A stretch of DNA of 64,000 nt from Eledone cirrhosa (GCA_964016885.1 CAXHJY010001661.1:22450-86449); one strand, 5' to 3'. Counted from the first letter of the stretch, positions 1 to 11,740 are shown. The notes: generated by a model from the letters alone, not told the origin. Made by a program: numbers and translations.

Positions 1-426
1 CTGCAGTTGTTTGTTTCTGTAGTAAGGTAATTCCATTGATCCATGGTGATTGATTTTATTATGGTCAGTTCTTTTCTATTTTGTTTGTGGTTTCTATTAG
101 ATTTTCATCATGATTGTCTTTGTTTATCCAGTTATGATATGCCATATTATTCTGACATTATGTAAGAGAAAATATACTTTTGTTTTGGTTCAATATTCAA
201 ACAGTTGTTTATGCACAGTCATCATATATGTTTTTGGTTGTTTTTTTATATTTTATTTTTTCTTCTTTGTGTCAGTTTTGTTTGTTTATGATGACTTGTT
301 CATTTCATGTGTCGACAATTATAGTGCATTATATATTCTTAGGGGTGTGCATGTTCTACTGTACTGCTTTCATTGGGCTGTTGAAGCTTATCTTTATTTG
401 GCCAGTTATGTTATTATAAGTAGGGC

Positions 427-615
427 AATAGATTGGTAGTTACAGTGGTGAGTCGGACATAATGCTTTGCAACATGAGTTACGTCCCTTTACATTCTGAG
501 TTCAAATCCCCCTGAGGTTAACTTTGCCTTTCATCCTTCTGGGCTCAATAAGATAAAGTACCAGTAATGTACTGGGGTCGATTTAATCGACTTTCCCTTC
601 TACAAAAACCATAAG
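427..615 (+). mobile_element. tRNA-derived SINE, older long-form copy
   Basis: B-box-like GAGTTCAAATCC, core GTTAACTTTGCCTTTCATCCTT...ATAAAGTACCAG, then GGGGTCGATTTAATCGAC; clearly homologous to the other copies in the window. Confidence 0.85.
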
Positions 616-834
616 AATGTTGTTCTGTTTTGATTTTTAAGAACTAAATTTTTTGTTTATAATAAACTTGTATGCACATGCTAATTTAAATTAAATTATT
701 GTCTTCATTTAGTTCTTTCTTTTGTAGATCTTGTACATCTGATATGATGCTAGTTTGTGTTGGATGTGGTATAGTTTGGTGTAAAATGTGTGTAATACTT
801 AAAGATATTGTGCTTTTGTCTAGCTTATATGTGG

Positions 835-1095
835 AAAGCCTCATGGACCCAGCAGACAGAATGGAGAAAAGGTTGCCATAAAGGATGATGAGGGAGATGG
901 ACTAGCCATTCAAAATCATGGGTCTCACTTTGCGAGTAGCCAACTCCATCCTGATAGTAGTGAGTAGGGATGTGGTCTGGGGTCCAAGAATGCTGGAAGT
1001 CTCCACTGCTACAGGTTTGATGACAAACCTATTGAAGAGTGACCAATATTTCAATAGTTTCCCCTTTATGGCCAGATGAACAGCGAAGCCTGTGC
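835..1095 (-). mobile_element. 3' fragment of a CRE-clade (restriction-like endonuclease) non-LTR retrotransposon
   Basis: Minus-strand frame reads GFAVHLAIKGKLLKYWSLFNRFVIKPVAVETSSILGPQT...*SISLIILYGNLFSILSAG. This matches the K..KY / P.AVET.G..G / S.AIQRGNA.SIL C-terminus of CRE-type elements. Confidence 0.65.
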
Positions 1096-2223
1096 TTTAA
1101 TTATTGCCTTACATCTTTAGTCCTTTCTTCTCTAGATCTTCTACATCAATTGTGATGCTATTTTTCATTTGATATAGCATAATTTGGTGTAGTATATATA
1201 TGATATTGACAGGTATTTTTCATTTGTTCCTTGATCCCTTCTATTTTTCATTTATTCAATGATACGAGAAGTATATTTTTGAAGGATGTTGGCGAGGGTA
1301 TTAATTCTTCGAGGGGTTACAGTTTGGTGCTTAGAGTACAGATAGTTTGTAGTATGAACTCATGCTAAAGTATTTGTCATAATCATCTGGGCTGGTGGGG
1401 TTGCTTTGGTTTTTTGCTTATAGTTGATGACTTGCATAATATTAGTATTAAGTTCATTTTGCTTTTTATGTATGGACAATGTGTGCAGTGATATCAAGTG
1501 GTTTTTTATAAACAACTATTGAGATTGTCATTGTTTTTAATCACCTGAGTTTCAATACTCTTATTACGGACTCATGTATTTCAATAATTGTTTAAACTCA
1601 TTTGAAGGGATATTATCAAGACGATAATCATATTTATCAATAGGTATTATTTCTTCTTATTTTTACCTATTATCTCTCAACAATTTGGTTTGATCATCTG
1701 ATCAGTGTATGTATATTGGAAAGACCCCTCTTAGTTTTAAGTGATGAGTTCCAAATAGTAACAGATTTCCTACAGGATATACTGGTAAACATTATCGTGT
1801 TTTTGGTTGTAGTCACATGCGATCTAGACATAAACATCCAGAAACTCTATGGTCAATTCTTTCTTTAGACTCAATTAAAACCAGTAGTTAAGGTCTCCAT
1901 ACATTTAATTTGTTTCTAGTTGGTACAGGCTTCAATTTTGTGTAGTGAAGTTGACTGCACCCCACTTCTATTTCCATTTCTACTTTATGCACTGTGATTT
2001 GATACTTACAAATACGTTTTTTTCAATCATTTAAATTATTAAGAGAGTGGGGAGTAATGAATATGGTCGACTACTCTGAGTAATTAGTTAAGTCTCTTTA
2101 TTTTATAAGATCAAATCCTACAAAAATTGATTTGTTATTTTTTTACCTCTGAGGCTGATAAAAGTTATTTAATTTTGCTTTGTTCTAAAATGTAGATTCC
2201 CTAATTTATTATTACTTAGAAAT

Positions 2224-2439
2224 ACCCTCTACCGATACTGCCAATCCCCCACATGGGCGGTGGATTGGCAGTATCGGTAGAGGGTTGGACGCCATGCTTT
2301 CCAGCATAGTTACGTCCCTTTACGATCTGAGTTCAAATCCCGCCGAGGTTGACTTTGCCTTTCATCCTTATGGGGTCGATAAAATAAAGTACCAGTAATG
2401 CACTGGGTAATTGCTGGTCTTGTGCCTAAAGTAGAAACA
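2224..2439 (+). mobile_element. tRNA-derived SINE (short form) with inverted 5' duplication and 16-bp TSD
   Basis: A-box TGGCAGTATCGG, B-box GAGTTCAAATCC, 3' end AAAGTAGAAACA; TSD ATTATTACTTAGAAAT at 2208-2223 and 2440-2455. Confidence 0.92.
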
Positions 2440-2889
2440 ATTATTACTTAGAAATCATTATAATTATCTTTACTATTTATGGTTTGAAAAATACATCAAG
2501 TTTCCTTTTCTAACAATATTGCTGTTTTCTGAAATGTGCTTAATCTATGATTATAGGTATTCTGTTGTGTTTCATACCAGTTGTACTAATTACAAATTGG
2601 ATGATGGACACATTCATTAACTGACATGTTTTCTTCAATTTAATAGTTAAGTCAATGCAATGTTCTAGCTTTTCAATTTGTTTCTGCATAACATTACAGT
2701 CCTTCAATATTGCTGTAGATTATTAATACACTCTTGTCATTTTGTAATTGAAAATGATGGTTGGCTTATCAGATGTTCTCTGTAGGTATGCTAAGCTTCT
2801 ATTGTTTCTTTGCATTGTTTTTTTTTCAAATGCAGGTGGAAATTGATATGGATGCTATAAGTATTTTTCTATAATTAAAATTTTAACAA

Positions 2890-2901
2890 TTCTTCTTCTT
2901 C

Positions 2902-2936
<35 letters not shown>
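2890..2936. repeat. (TTC)n(TTA)n microsatellite on the 5' side of the Tx1 element
   Basis: Seen directly. Confidence 0.95.
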
Positions 2937-3152
2937 GAATGCTATGGTTGACGGAGGTTCGGCTCTGTAAGGTATTGTAAGTTTTGAATGCTATAACAAT
3001 TGTAAATTGTTTAAAACTTTAACGAACGTGTAGACAAAAACACCCTCCTCCTCGTGAGAGGGGTCTTTCTGCCCGTTATTTGGCCCTTCGGGGTTAAATA
3101 ACTGCTTATTGGGGTTTTGTGCCCAATATTTATTTCAAACAAAAAAAACAAC

Positions 3153-5262
3153 ATGGCTACGAAAAAGAATTTTCATAGGTCACTCCCACTCATTCCGTCT
3201 TCTTCTTCCTCAATCATCACTACAGCAGAGAGAAGATTGTCTCTCTCCCTCCCTTCTTTAAATGTGTCTCTCTCCCTCCCTTCTCTTTCGCAAGCGACGA
3301 CAGAAGAGAAAAGTCTCGTGCAAAGCGTGCAAGATTTCTCCACGACGACGACGACAACGACGAAACAGGTGTGCGGGAAATACGAAAACCCATTTCATTC
3401 GTCTGACGTCAGGAATAATAGCAGTAGCAGCCGTAATAACAACAGCAACAGTGAAAATGAAAACAACAGTAGCAGCCGCAACAGCATCACCAGCAGCATA
3501 AACAACAACAGCATTAGCAGCAGCAACACCAACAACAACCACAGCAACAGCGGCGGAGGCAGTAGTCGTAGTACCTGCAGCAACAACAAAAGTAACAGCA
3601 GCTCTGTCGACAACAACAACAACAGCAGCAAAGAAAAACCAATCTCATTTGCAGGTATTGCGAAGAACCTGGAAACAATCCTCATAACAAATGAGGAATT
3701 AGAGGAAGCGAAGAAGATGGTGACAAAGACTGGACACCGAGCAATCTGCAAGGCAGCGGAACATTTTTTCGAAACCCAACAGCACTGTACGGTCACGTAC
3801 CGTACAGTAAGTACAAAATCCCGTAGGGTTGAAAGAACCACAGAGGCTCAAATACAAAAAGCCTTGGGGTCTGTGTGGCAGCGGAAAACGCACATCACCC
3901 GAGGCAAAAATATGCCACCGTAGACGTACTTTTTGCCACACCCCAGGAGGCAAAGGCTCAATCCGTAGTGACCCTAAGGAGCGAGGAAATGGTGTTGGTG
4001 CCCTCCTACTGCGGGCAAAAAATTGTGAGGGTCAAACTGACCCACGTCCCCCCCCCCCCCCCGGGATGGCCCCTTCTTGGCTGGCCGCGTCTGTCCTCGT
4101 CGGAATCGAGGACAAAACAACTGTACTGCAAGTACAGAAAAAAGTAAGAGAAGATTGGGTCGGCACCTCCATTGACATGCTAATCCAAACCAACCAGGAG
4201 TGCATCGAAGCTATCCCGGATGTGATAGACTTTGATAACGGCACTCAACTGCCCATAAGTGTTGAGGGCAAACGCCCGAAATGCTTTCGCTGTGGATCGA
4301 AGACTCACCTCAGGGCCTTCTGCAACGAGAAGACCCTGAGAAAGGAGAAAACCCCCCTCCTTCCGAAACCGGCTCCACGGCTACCAGCAACAGGACAAGC
4401 GGCAACCAGGAACGATAGGTCCGTGGCACCCATACCCACGCCACGGAAATCAAAAACAACAGCAGCAGTGGAAATATTAACAACAACAACAGCAATACCA
4501 AATGCAGCTGCAACAGAGACTCCAGTGCAAACATCACCAACAACAACAAGTGAAAGAGTGGAGCTGGTACCCCTCCCCGACCTCACAGAATAAGACATGG
4601 AGTGTGAGGTGGGAGAGGGATGGCAAAAGGTCGTAAGAAGGCACAAACGCAGAAGCAGCGCATCGTCGCCTTTGAAAAGGGAGGAAAGAAATGAGAAAAG
4701 GGTAAAGTCTACTGCAAAGAGACTCACAGCAGCAACACCACCAACACCATCACCACCCACACTAGCACCACCATCACCACCGGCGACAACCCCACCGCCA
4801 ACAACACCTTCAACACCACCAACACAAGCACCAACATCGCAAACACAACAACAAAACACACACACCCAGCAACAACGACAAGAAAATAGCAGAACCACAC
4901 CCCACCCTCAGAAAAACAAATGCACGGCAATAAATACACACAACAAGAAACTAATGACTTACATAATTGAACACACAGACATTTCACAACACGACTACAT
5001 AATACCAGCACCAATCAAAACGCCAACTAACATAAGACTGCTAAAAATAGCACAGAAACAATACACAAACATTAAAACGAAATTCCCCAACGCAGTTGGT
5101 GATTTCAGGGACCTAGGAGGAACTATCAATCGAAGAGTATATTCGGACATACTCATAGAAGAGCCGACGACCAGCCGAAGGGACGATTCAACGGTCCCTT
5201 CACCAGACGATCAAGTGAAAAGGGATGTAAAAACCATCCCTCCTCTACGAAAAGTACGGTAA
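3153..5262 (+). pseudogene. Tx1 ORF1 (nucleic-acid-binding protein with CCHC zinc knuckle), broken by frameshifts and a stop
   Basis: ATG at 3153, N/S-rich tract, RRM-like 'YATVDVLFATPQEA...IVRVKLTHVPP' in the 3875 frame, frameshift at the poly-C run (about 4048-4062), CFRCGSKTHLRAFC at 4282-4323, in-frame TAA at 4591-4593, then a P/T/Q-rich tail to 5262. Confidence 0.8.
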
Positions 5263-5297
5263 GTGGTCTTTCCCATCTTATCCACTCTATTTTAAAC

Positions 5298-8200
5298 ATG
5301 ACCTCACTCAGAATAGGCAGCATAAATGCGCGTGGCTTGGGGTCGTCATGGAAGCAGGGTCACCTGCTCAACGACCTCAGGTCACTAAACATAGATGTAG
5401 TGGCCATCAGCGAGACCAGAATCACCGAAGCACGGGCCTTCGCACCGATCTTCGGCGGCTACGATGTGTACGCATCTCCCAGCCGTCCTGGATCGGGGGG
5501 AGGAGTTGCTGTGCTTTTTCGGAGAGGTTTGGATCTCGCCATATGGGCCATCTTCCTGGACCAGAGGGTAAGCTGGTGGTGCTGGACGTGACCAGCCGAA
5601 ACGGGCAAGCTTTCAGGCTAGTGGCCGTCTATGCCCCGACAGGAGCAGGGCGGCCTGATTTCTTCCGGCGTCTGGAGACCTTTCTTGGAACGTCCCGCTC
5701 TTTAGTGTTAGTGGGCGACTGGAACGGGATCTTAGATGCACGCTGGGACTGTGTGGGATTAGCGGATAGGGGTGGAGGGTGCAAGAGCCTCACCAACCTG
5801 CTCAGGCGTTTTGAACTGTTTGACAGGTACCGATTGGATTTCCCGAATGTGCCAATGTGGACTTGGACAAATCGCATAGGGTCATCCAGATCATATCTAG
5901 ATAGAGTATTTTGTAGGGAAATAGATAGGTCTAGCATAAGCTGTCCACAATTCAAGATAGTCAGCTACACGGACCACAAATTCGTGATCTGTGTGCTTGA
6001 CTTAGATAGGCTTCATAGACGAGGACCCGGCTACTGGAAGCTAAACGCGTCCTTACCAGCGCGCAAAGCCTACAGAGACCAGATTAGCGAACTAGTTAAG
6101 CGGGCGTTGACGGGGGCCATCGTCAACAACAAGTGGTGGTTTGCTCTGAAAAGAGCGATTAGAATAGAATCCATTAGGTTTAGTAAGGCTTTAGCAATAG
6201 AGAAAAATAGAGCAGAGGGAGAACTAGTTAGAAAATTAGACGAGGCGCTTAGCAAAGGCATTGCGACCGACGTGCTTGCGGAGAAATTGGCCCTTGACCA
6301 ATTCTTCAATGCAAAGCACGAAGGCTGCGTTGTCAGAGCAAGGGTGCGTGCTCTCAGACACGAGGGGACGAAAGCCGTTCAATGGGCCCGAGTGGCGGAG
6401 GCGCGTCGTGGCAACAAAGCCACGATCCGGTCTTTGGTGGACTACGACGGGCGCATGCTACTCGATCCCGGGCAAATGTGTGAAGCTTTTCAGCGACACT
6501 TCGCTCAGCTGTTCGGGGGCAGCAGTGGGCCGGGTCGAGGGATGGACTTTAGTGTCTACCTCGACGGACTGCCGCAGCTCTCGGCCACTGAGGCGAAGTG
6601 TTGCAAAAAGCCGATAACAGCCGCTGAAGTAAGGGAGGCAATGACTGGCTGCACAAGGGGTAAATCGCCTGGTTTGGATGCTCTGCCCTATGAACTTTAC
6701 GTACAGATGCCAGACTTGTTCGGAGGCCTCTTGGCGGACGTCTACTGCAACTGGCAACAGAACGGGAGAATTCCCAGTTCTGTGAGCCGAGGAGCGGTGG
6801 CACTGCTGAGAAAGGATCCGAACAAGGGGGATAACATAGATAATTTCCGGCCCATAACTCTGCTAAACACAGAGTTCAAGATTTTGGCCAAGGTGCTAGC
6901 AAAGAGGTTGGCGCTTGTCGTTGGTGGTCTGGTGGGAGAGGCGCAGACATAAGCCATTCCCGACAGATCCATCCACGACAACCTCCACCTCATGCGATAC
7001 ATCGTAGAGAGAGTAGCTAGGGAACTTGGCACGGGTGGGTCCTTGATCAATTTAGATCAGTCGAAAGCTTTTGATAGGGTCGACCATCGTTACCTAGCGG
7101 CAGTCCTGAGGGCGGCTGGCTTTGGGCCCGTCTTCAGAGGCTGGATCGCTGCCATGCACAGCGACATCTGCTCTGTGGTGAGAGTGAACGGTCACTTGTC
7201 GGAACCGTTCAACATCATGCGCTCGGTCCGCCAAAGATGTCCCCTCTTGTCCCTCTTGTACGTATTGACTCTCGAGCCATTACTGCACAAACTGGAGACG
7301 TTGAGGGGCGTCCCGCGCGAACTAGGATGCGGAAGATCCGTGTCAGCTTATGCGGACGATGTCACCGTAGTGGTATCGAACGCCAAACACATCGAGGCGA
7401 TCGGCACTACACTAAGAGAATACGAAGCGGTGACAGGAGCAATGATCAACCAGGAAAAGTCAGCGGGCCTGCAGCTCGGCACCTGGAGAGGCAGGTCCAT
7501 GCCGTCCAACAGCGTCGTCGGACGCTGGACGGACGGACCGGTTAAATTGATACGGGTCTGGTTTGGTCCGGACCTCCAGACGGACAAAAACTGGGATGAG
7601 GTGACGAGCAGGGTGGCTTCTCTCACCTAGAAATGGGCGGAGAGGAAGCTATCCCTGAAAGGTCGAGCGGAGGTGGCTAATGCGTACATCGCGTCTGTCA
7701 TCTGCTACCGCCTGACCGTCGTACCTTGTCCTAAGCCTCGCCTGACTGCGCTGGAGCGTTTGCTCTTTCGCTTTTTGTGGAAGGGACGCGCTCCGATGGT
7801 CAGGCGGTCCATCTGTTGTCAACACCCGCTACGTGGAGGGCTGGGCATGCCGTGGCTGATGATGCGCATGCACGCGCTCAGGCTACGACATCTCCACCTC
7901 TTCCTCGACGGTGATCAGGTGTGGTCGCCGTTTGCTAGACACGTCTTTCCGCAGCTCGTCTCCTTGACGGAGCTGCAGTACTGGGTCAAGCGAAGACCGA
8001 GAGGGAGCGCTTGGAGACTGGAATGTCTTCAGGCGCTCACAGCCCTCGACCAATCGGGCAATGTGATCGGTGGAAACTCCACCTCGGCGTTCTATAGAGG
8101 ATTAGTGGAGGGGAAGAGCGACGACGTACTTGGGGAAACTCTAGGCGTCGACGAAAATCAACTAGCCAATCTCTTCGGAAGAACTTTCGGGCCAGGGCCT

Positions 8201-8716
8201 ATGGACAACTTCCAGAAATCTCTGGCCTGGCAGTGCTACCGAGGAGCATTGCCAGTTCGGGATAAACTCTACAGGCATGGAGGTGCCGTCAGCCGGGCAT
8301 GTCCGAGATGCGCACAGGGCGACGAAACCGTCCTGCACGCACTCGTCCAGTGTCCGAAAATTGCTGACTTGTGGGTTTATGTCGAACACCTGCTGTCGCG
8401 TTTAGGACGGATCCGGCTATCATCTGAGTCCATCCTGAGGATTGCCCCGCCCTCCTTCTTTAGCCGGGAAGGGCAGGCAGTTTTTATCTGTCTGGTGGCC
8501 ATGGCGAAAGAGATAGTATGGTGGACACGTTTGAAAGGGCTGAAGACGGGCACTTACCTCTTCGGTGATGCTCTGATTGACTTTTTCAAATTTCATTTGA
8601 AAAGGAAAATCAGAGTAGAGAGGGAAGTGCTCTCTTCCCAGCATTTTGTTGAAAGATGGGTGAGAGAAGCAAGAATGGCCCGAGTGAATGTGCCTACTCT
8701 GAGTATATATCTGTAA
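5298..8716 (+). pseudogene. Tx1 ORF2: APE endonuclease + reverse transcriptase + C-terminal CCHC finger, with one frameshift and two nonsense codons
   Basis: SINARGL, ISET, VYAP, GDWN, YLDRVF, YTDH (APE); KSPGLD, FRPITLLN, DQSKAFDRV, YADD at 7349-7360 (RT); CPRC...HALVQC. Frameshift near 5565; stops at 6950-6952 and 7628-7630 lie in one continuous frame. Confidence 0.95.
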
Positions 8717-8968
8717 ATTAAAGGTGGAAAACTGGGAGAGGGCACTTGCCTTGGTGGTCAGGGTCATTGTGGCTTTTTACTGGGCTTTCTCCACAAATGT
8801 CCCTCCGAAGTCTCCCCCCTATTGGGGAATTTTTCATTGTTATTTTTGTTACACCCTCTGTTTTTTTTGTTTTTTTACACGCAGAAATGCCCATTTGTAC
8901 CGTCCTGTATTGTCCTGCACTGTCCTTAATGTCTACTTTATGTAAACCCTTGTGGTTAATAAAGAAAA

Positions 8969-8970
<2 letters not shown>

Positions 8971-9006
<36 letters not shown>
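8971..9006. repeat. (TTA)n microsatellite on the 3' side of the Tx1 element
   Basis: Seen directly. Confidence 0.95.
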
Positions 9007-9009
<3 letters not shown>

Positions 9010-9589
9010 GAATAAACGTATTTAACAGAATTCCTGCCTAGAATGTGATTTTTCTTGGATTAACAGATGGAAAAAAAAGATTTTCTTTTCTATTGTCAGT
9101 CTGACTGTTAAACAAAATCTTTTTTATTATTTAAAGGTCCACCTAATTTTCTAAGGTTGTAATAAAGTATGTCCAAGTCAATGATCTTTAAATGTGTATA
9201 TATATCTTTGCAAATAGCTATTTACATGATTTAAGTAAGTATCTCTGTAATAGTTGATAGAGAGGCTTGTCGTAGGAGTTGTAGCATCTCAATTGTGAAA
9301 GAAATTTAAATGCCCCTTCTTCAATTTTAAATAATAAAACAGATTTCAAAAAACACAATATGATTATGAAACAAATATTCGAGTCCAAGCACAAACATTT
9401 ACAGTTACGGTAATGAAGATATCAATTTAAATTTATGAAATCTATGTGAACTGAAATGACAAAAAAATTTTATTTTTGCTAATATCAAAAGAGGATGATG
9501 GTTATGAGACAGCTCCTGGAAAATGAAAAACAAAGAAAAAGTATGCCACAAAAGAGAGAGTCTGAGAGAGTATGCCACAAAAGAGAGAG

Positions 9590-10087
9590 TTTGAGGATTT
9601 TATCTTAGAAAGAAAAGGAGAAATGTGTCATTACCTGTTTGGAAATGACAGGCTGATTTTTATATGCCATTAAAAGAGAAGTTTCCTGTGTGTTTATGAA
9701 AGATGTAAGAGGAGCAAGATCAATGAGGCTGAACGATCCTAATCTGACTAAGCTTTTCTACACAGGATGAAAGAAACTGGGAGAGGACACTTTCCATTCC
9801 CATATAGAAACAGAATAACCTGGGGTTTTGAGTGATGTTTCTCCCTGGATTTACCCTTAAGTGCATCTCGCCACTATGGAGGAACTTGTTGTCATTTGTA
9901 ATTGTTTTTTGAGGTTATATTTATTTATTACAATCTCTATTATTGTTATTTCTACTGTTTTCTTTTCCATATGTCCCCTTTTCCTGACATAAATCCCATG
10001 TTGTGCTCTTTGAAATTTTTCTTTTGTCCTTCTATGTAATGCCCCCGATGTCTTGGGCCATTGTGGCAAATAAAAGGAATCATCATC
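9590..10087 (+). mobile_element. Decayed Tx1-family 3' end (ORF2 tail + 3' UTR)
   Basis: AAACTGGGAGAGGACACTT matches 8730-8748; it ends TTGTGGCAAATAAAAGGAATCATCATCAT, similar to the 3' end of the full-length element. Confidence 0.65.
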
Positions 10088-10820
10088 ATGTCAGCATATG
10101 CCGATGATGTCACCATAGTGGTGTCGAGTAGCAAACATTGAGTTGATCAATGCTGTTCTCAAGGAATACAAAGCAATAGCAGGAGCAAAAATTAACCAGA
10201 AACAGCCCGAGGGCCTACTGCTCAGCATCTGTTAAGGCAAGTACATGCTGTTCAACAATATTGTCAGGAACTGGACAGATGAAATGGCTAAATTACTTAG
10301 GTTCTCTGGTCTTGTTCAGATGTCCAAATAGACGAAACCTGGAATATAGTAATGAGTAGGGTGGTCACTCTCACCCCAAAATGAGCTGAGAGGAAGCTAT
10401 CTCTGAAAGGTCAGGCAGAGGTGGCAAATGAGTACAACACCTCCGTCATCTACTACCAACTGACCGTTGGCCTTGTGCTGGTCCATGGCTGACTGCACTG
10501 AAGTGTTTGCTCTTTCACTTTTTGAGGAAGGAACAAGTGCCAATGGTCAGGTGGTCCATTTGTTACCAACACCTGCTGAGTGGAGAACTGGGCATGCTGT
10601 GGCTGATGATGCCCAAACATGTGCTCAGGTTATATTATCTCCAGCCTTACCTCAACAGTGAACAGTTGTGGTCACCACTTGCTAGAGGCAGTTTTCCACA
10701 GCCTGTCTCCTTGACAGAGCTGCAGTCCTGTGTCAAGCGAAGACTGAGAGGAGCACTTGGAAACTGGAATGTCTTCAATCACTCACAACCCTCACCCAAT
10801 TGGGCAAATGTAATTCGCTG
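10088..10820 (+). mobile_element. Decayed Tx1-family RT fragment
   Basis: SAYADDVT at about 10091-10114 and colinear similarity to about 7342-8070 (e.g. GAGAGGAAGCTATCTCTGAAAGGTC). Confidence 0.88.
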
Positions 10821-11037
10821 AAATTATAGCTAGTTTCTGTGTAGTTCTTTACACATACACTGATTAACAAACATATACTTACAGCATTGATCACATGCAC
10901 ACTAAAATACACAAACATGTGTATATATGATGTATATGCACACGCACATGCAAACAGATAGAACAGGTAGAAAGATAGATAAAATTGTTCTCATAAGTTT
11001 AGTTAACACATAGGCATATTATATATTCAAATATACA

Positions 11038-11740
11038 CTGGATGTGTAATAGTAATATACGTGAACGGCAAAGCATAAACGAACTAAGGGAAAAATTAGA
11101 AATAAGAGGGATCAGATGTTGTTTACTCGAGAGAAGACTACGTTGGTATGGACATGTGATGCGCATGAAAGACGACAGTTGTAAAAAAAGTGCAGGGCAA
11201 TAAAAATAGACGGTAGCCATAGCGTACGCAGACCCAGAAAAACCTGGGACGACTTGATAAATTCCGACCTCACACACTTACACCTCTCCAAGACAATGTC
11301 ACTGGACCGAGATCTTTGGCGCTACACAGTAATAGAGAATACCCGCCTTACCTAAGTACAAAGTGAAACCTACTACAGTCAGTAGGCACCTCTAACAAAA
11401 TACACCCCCGTCCCACTACCCCCACCCCATCCACACCACTCCTTTCAATGTAAAGTTATGTTGGTACCATAATATCCAGCCCGAAACAAATGAGGTTGTG
11501 TAGGTGTCACGACAAAAAAACACACAGTCCACGCTGTAATGTGGCCGTGTAGGTAACACAGTAAAAATCTCCCAGTTCCACACTGTAAATGTTGTTGGTG
11601 TTAGGAAGAGCATCCAGCCGTAGAAAACCAGCCAGACAGTCCTATGTGAGTAAGACAACCACTCTTTCCTCAAGTGGGAAAACTCCTGTCCAAACCCATG
11701 CAAGCATGGAATACGGACGTTAAACAATGATGATGATGAT
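11038..11740 (+). mobile_element. 5'-truncated RTE-clade LINE (3' end)
   Basis: Near-identical to 16953-17550; RRLRWYGHV motif, 3' UTR ending CATGCAAGCATGG...GGACGTTAAAC and a (TGA)n tail. Confidence 0.93.

Larger units (their letters stand above)
1..2000 (-). mobile_element. Highly decayed Penelope-like element (RT C-terminal part and GIY-YIG endonuclease remnants), interrupted by SINE and CRE insertions
   Basis: Minus-strand translation gives 'IEFLDV' near 1830-1850, an 'SN.P'-like stretch near 1390-1410, and a GIY-YIG-like '...YNNITGQIKISFNS' near 370-440. Many stops are present and the boundaries are approximate. Confidence 0.5.
2937..8970 (+). mobile_element. Full-length L1/Tx1-clade non-LTR retrotransposon, recently disabled
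   Basis: GC-rich 6-kb block with 5' leader, ORF1, ORF2 (APE-RT-CCHC) and a 3' UTR with AATAAA at 8958-8963; (TTA)n on both sides. Confidence 0.95.

Noticed and set aside
2256-2345. tRNA gene call for SINE heads
   Set aside because: The A/B boxes run into a SINE body with TSDs in many copies, and there is no clean cloverleaf.
2700-2875. Possible host exons (e.g. VEIDMDAISIFL after TTTTTTTCAAATGCAG)
   Set aside because: Very short, stop-bounded and with no recognisable homology; cannot be supported without RNA data.
3258-5014. Minus-strand ORFs rich in L/V/G (3395-3841, 4305-4898, 4724-5014)
   Set aside because: They are antisense shadows of the low-complexity Tx1 ORF1 repeats, not membrane proteins.
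5629-8767. Overlapping alternative-frame and antisense ORFs in Tx1 ORF2
   Set aside because: Expected in GC-rich coding DNA; no independent motifs.
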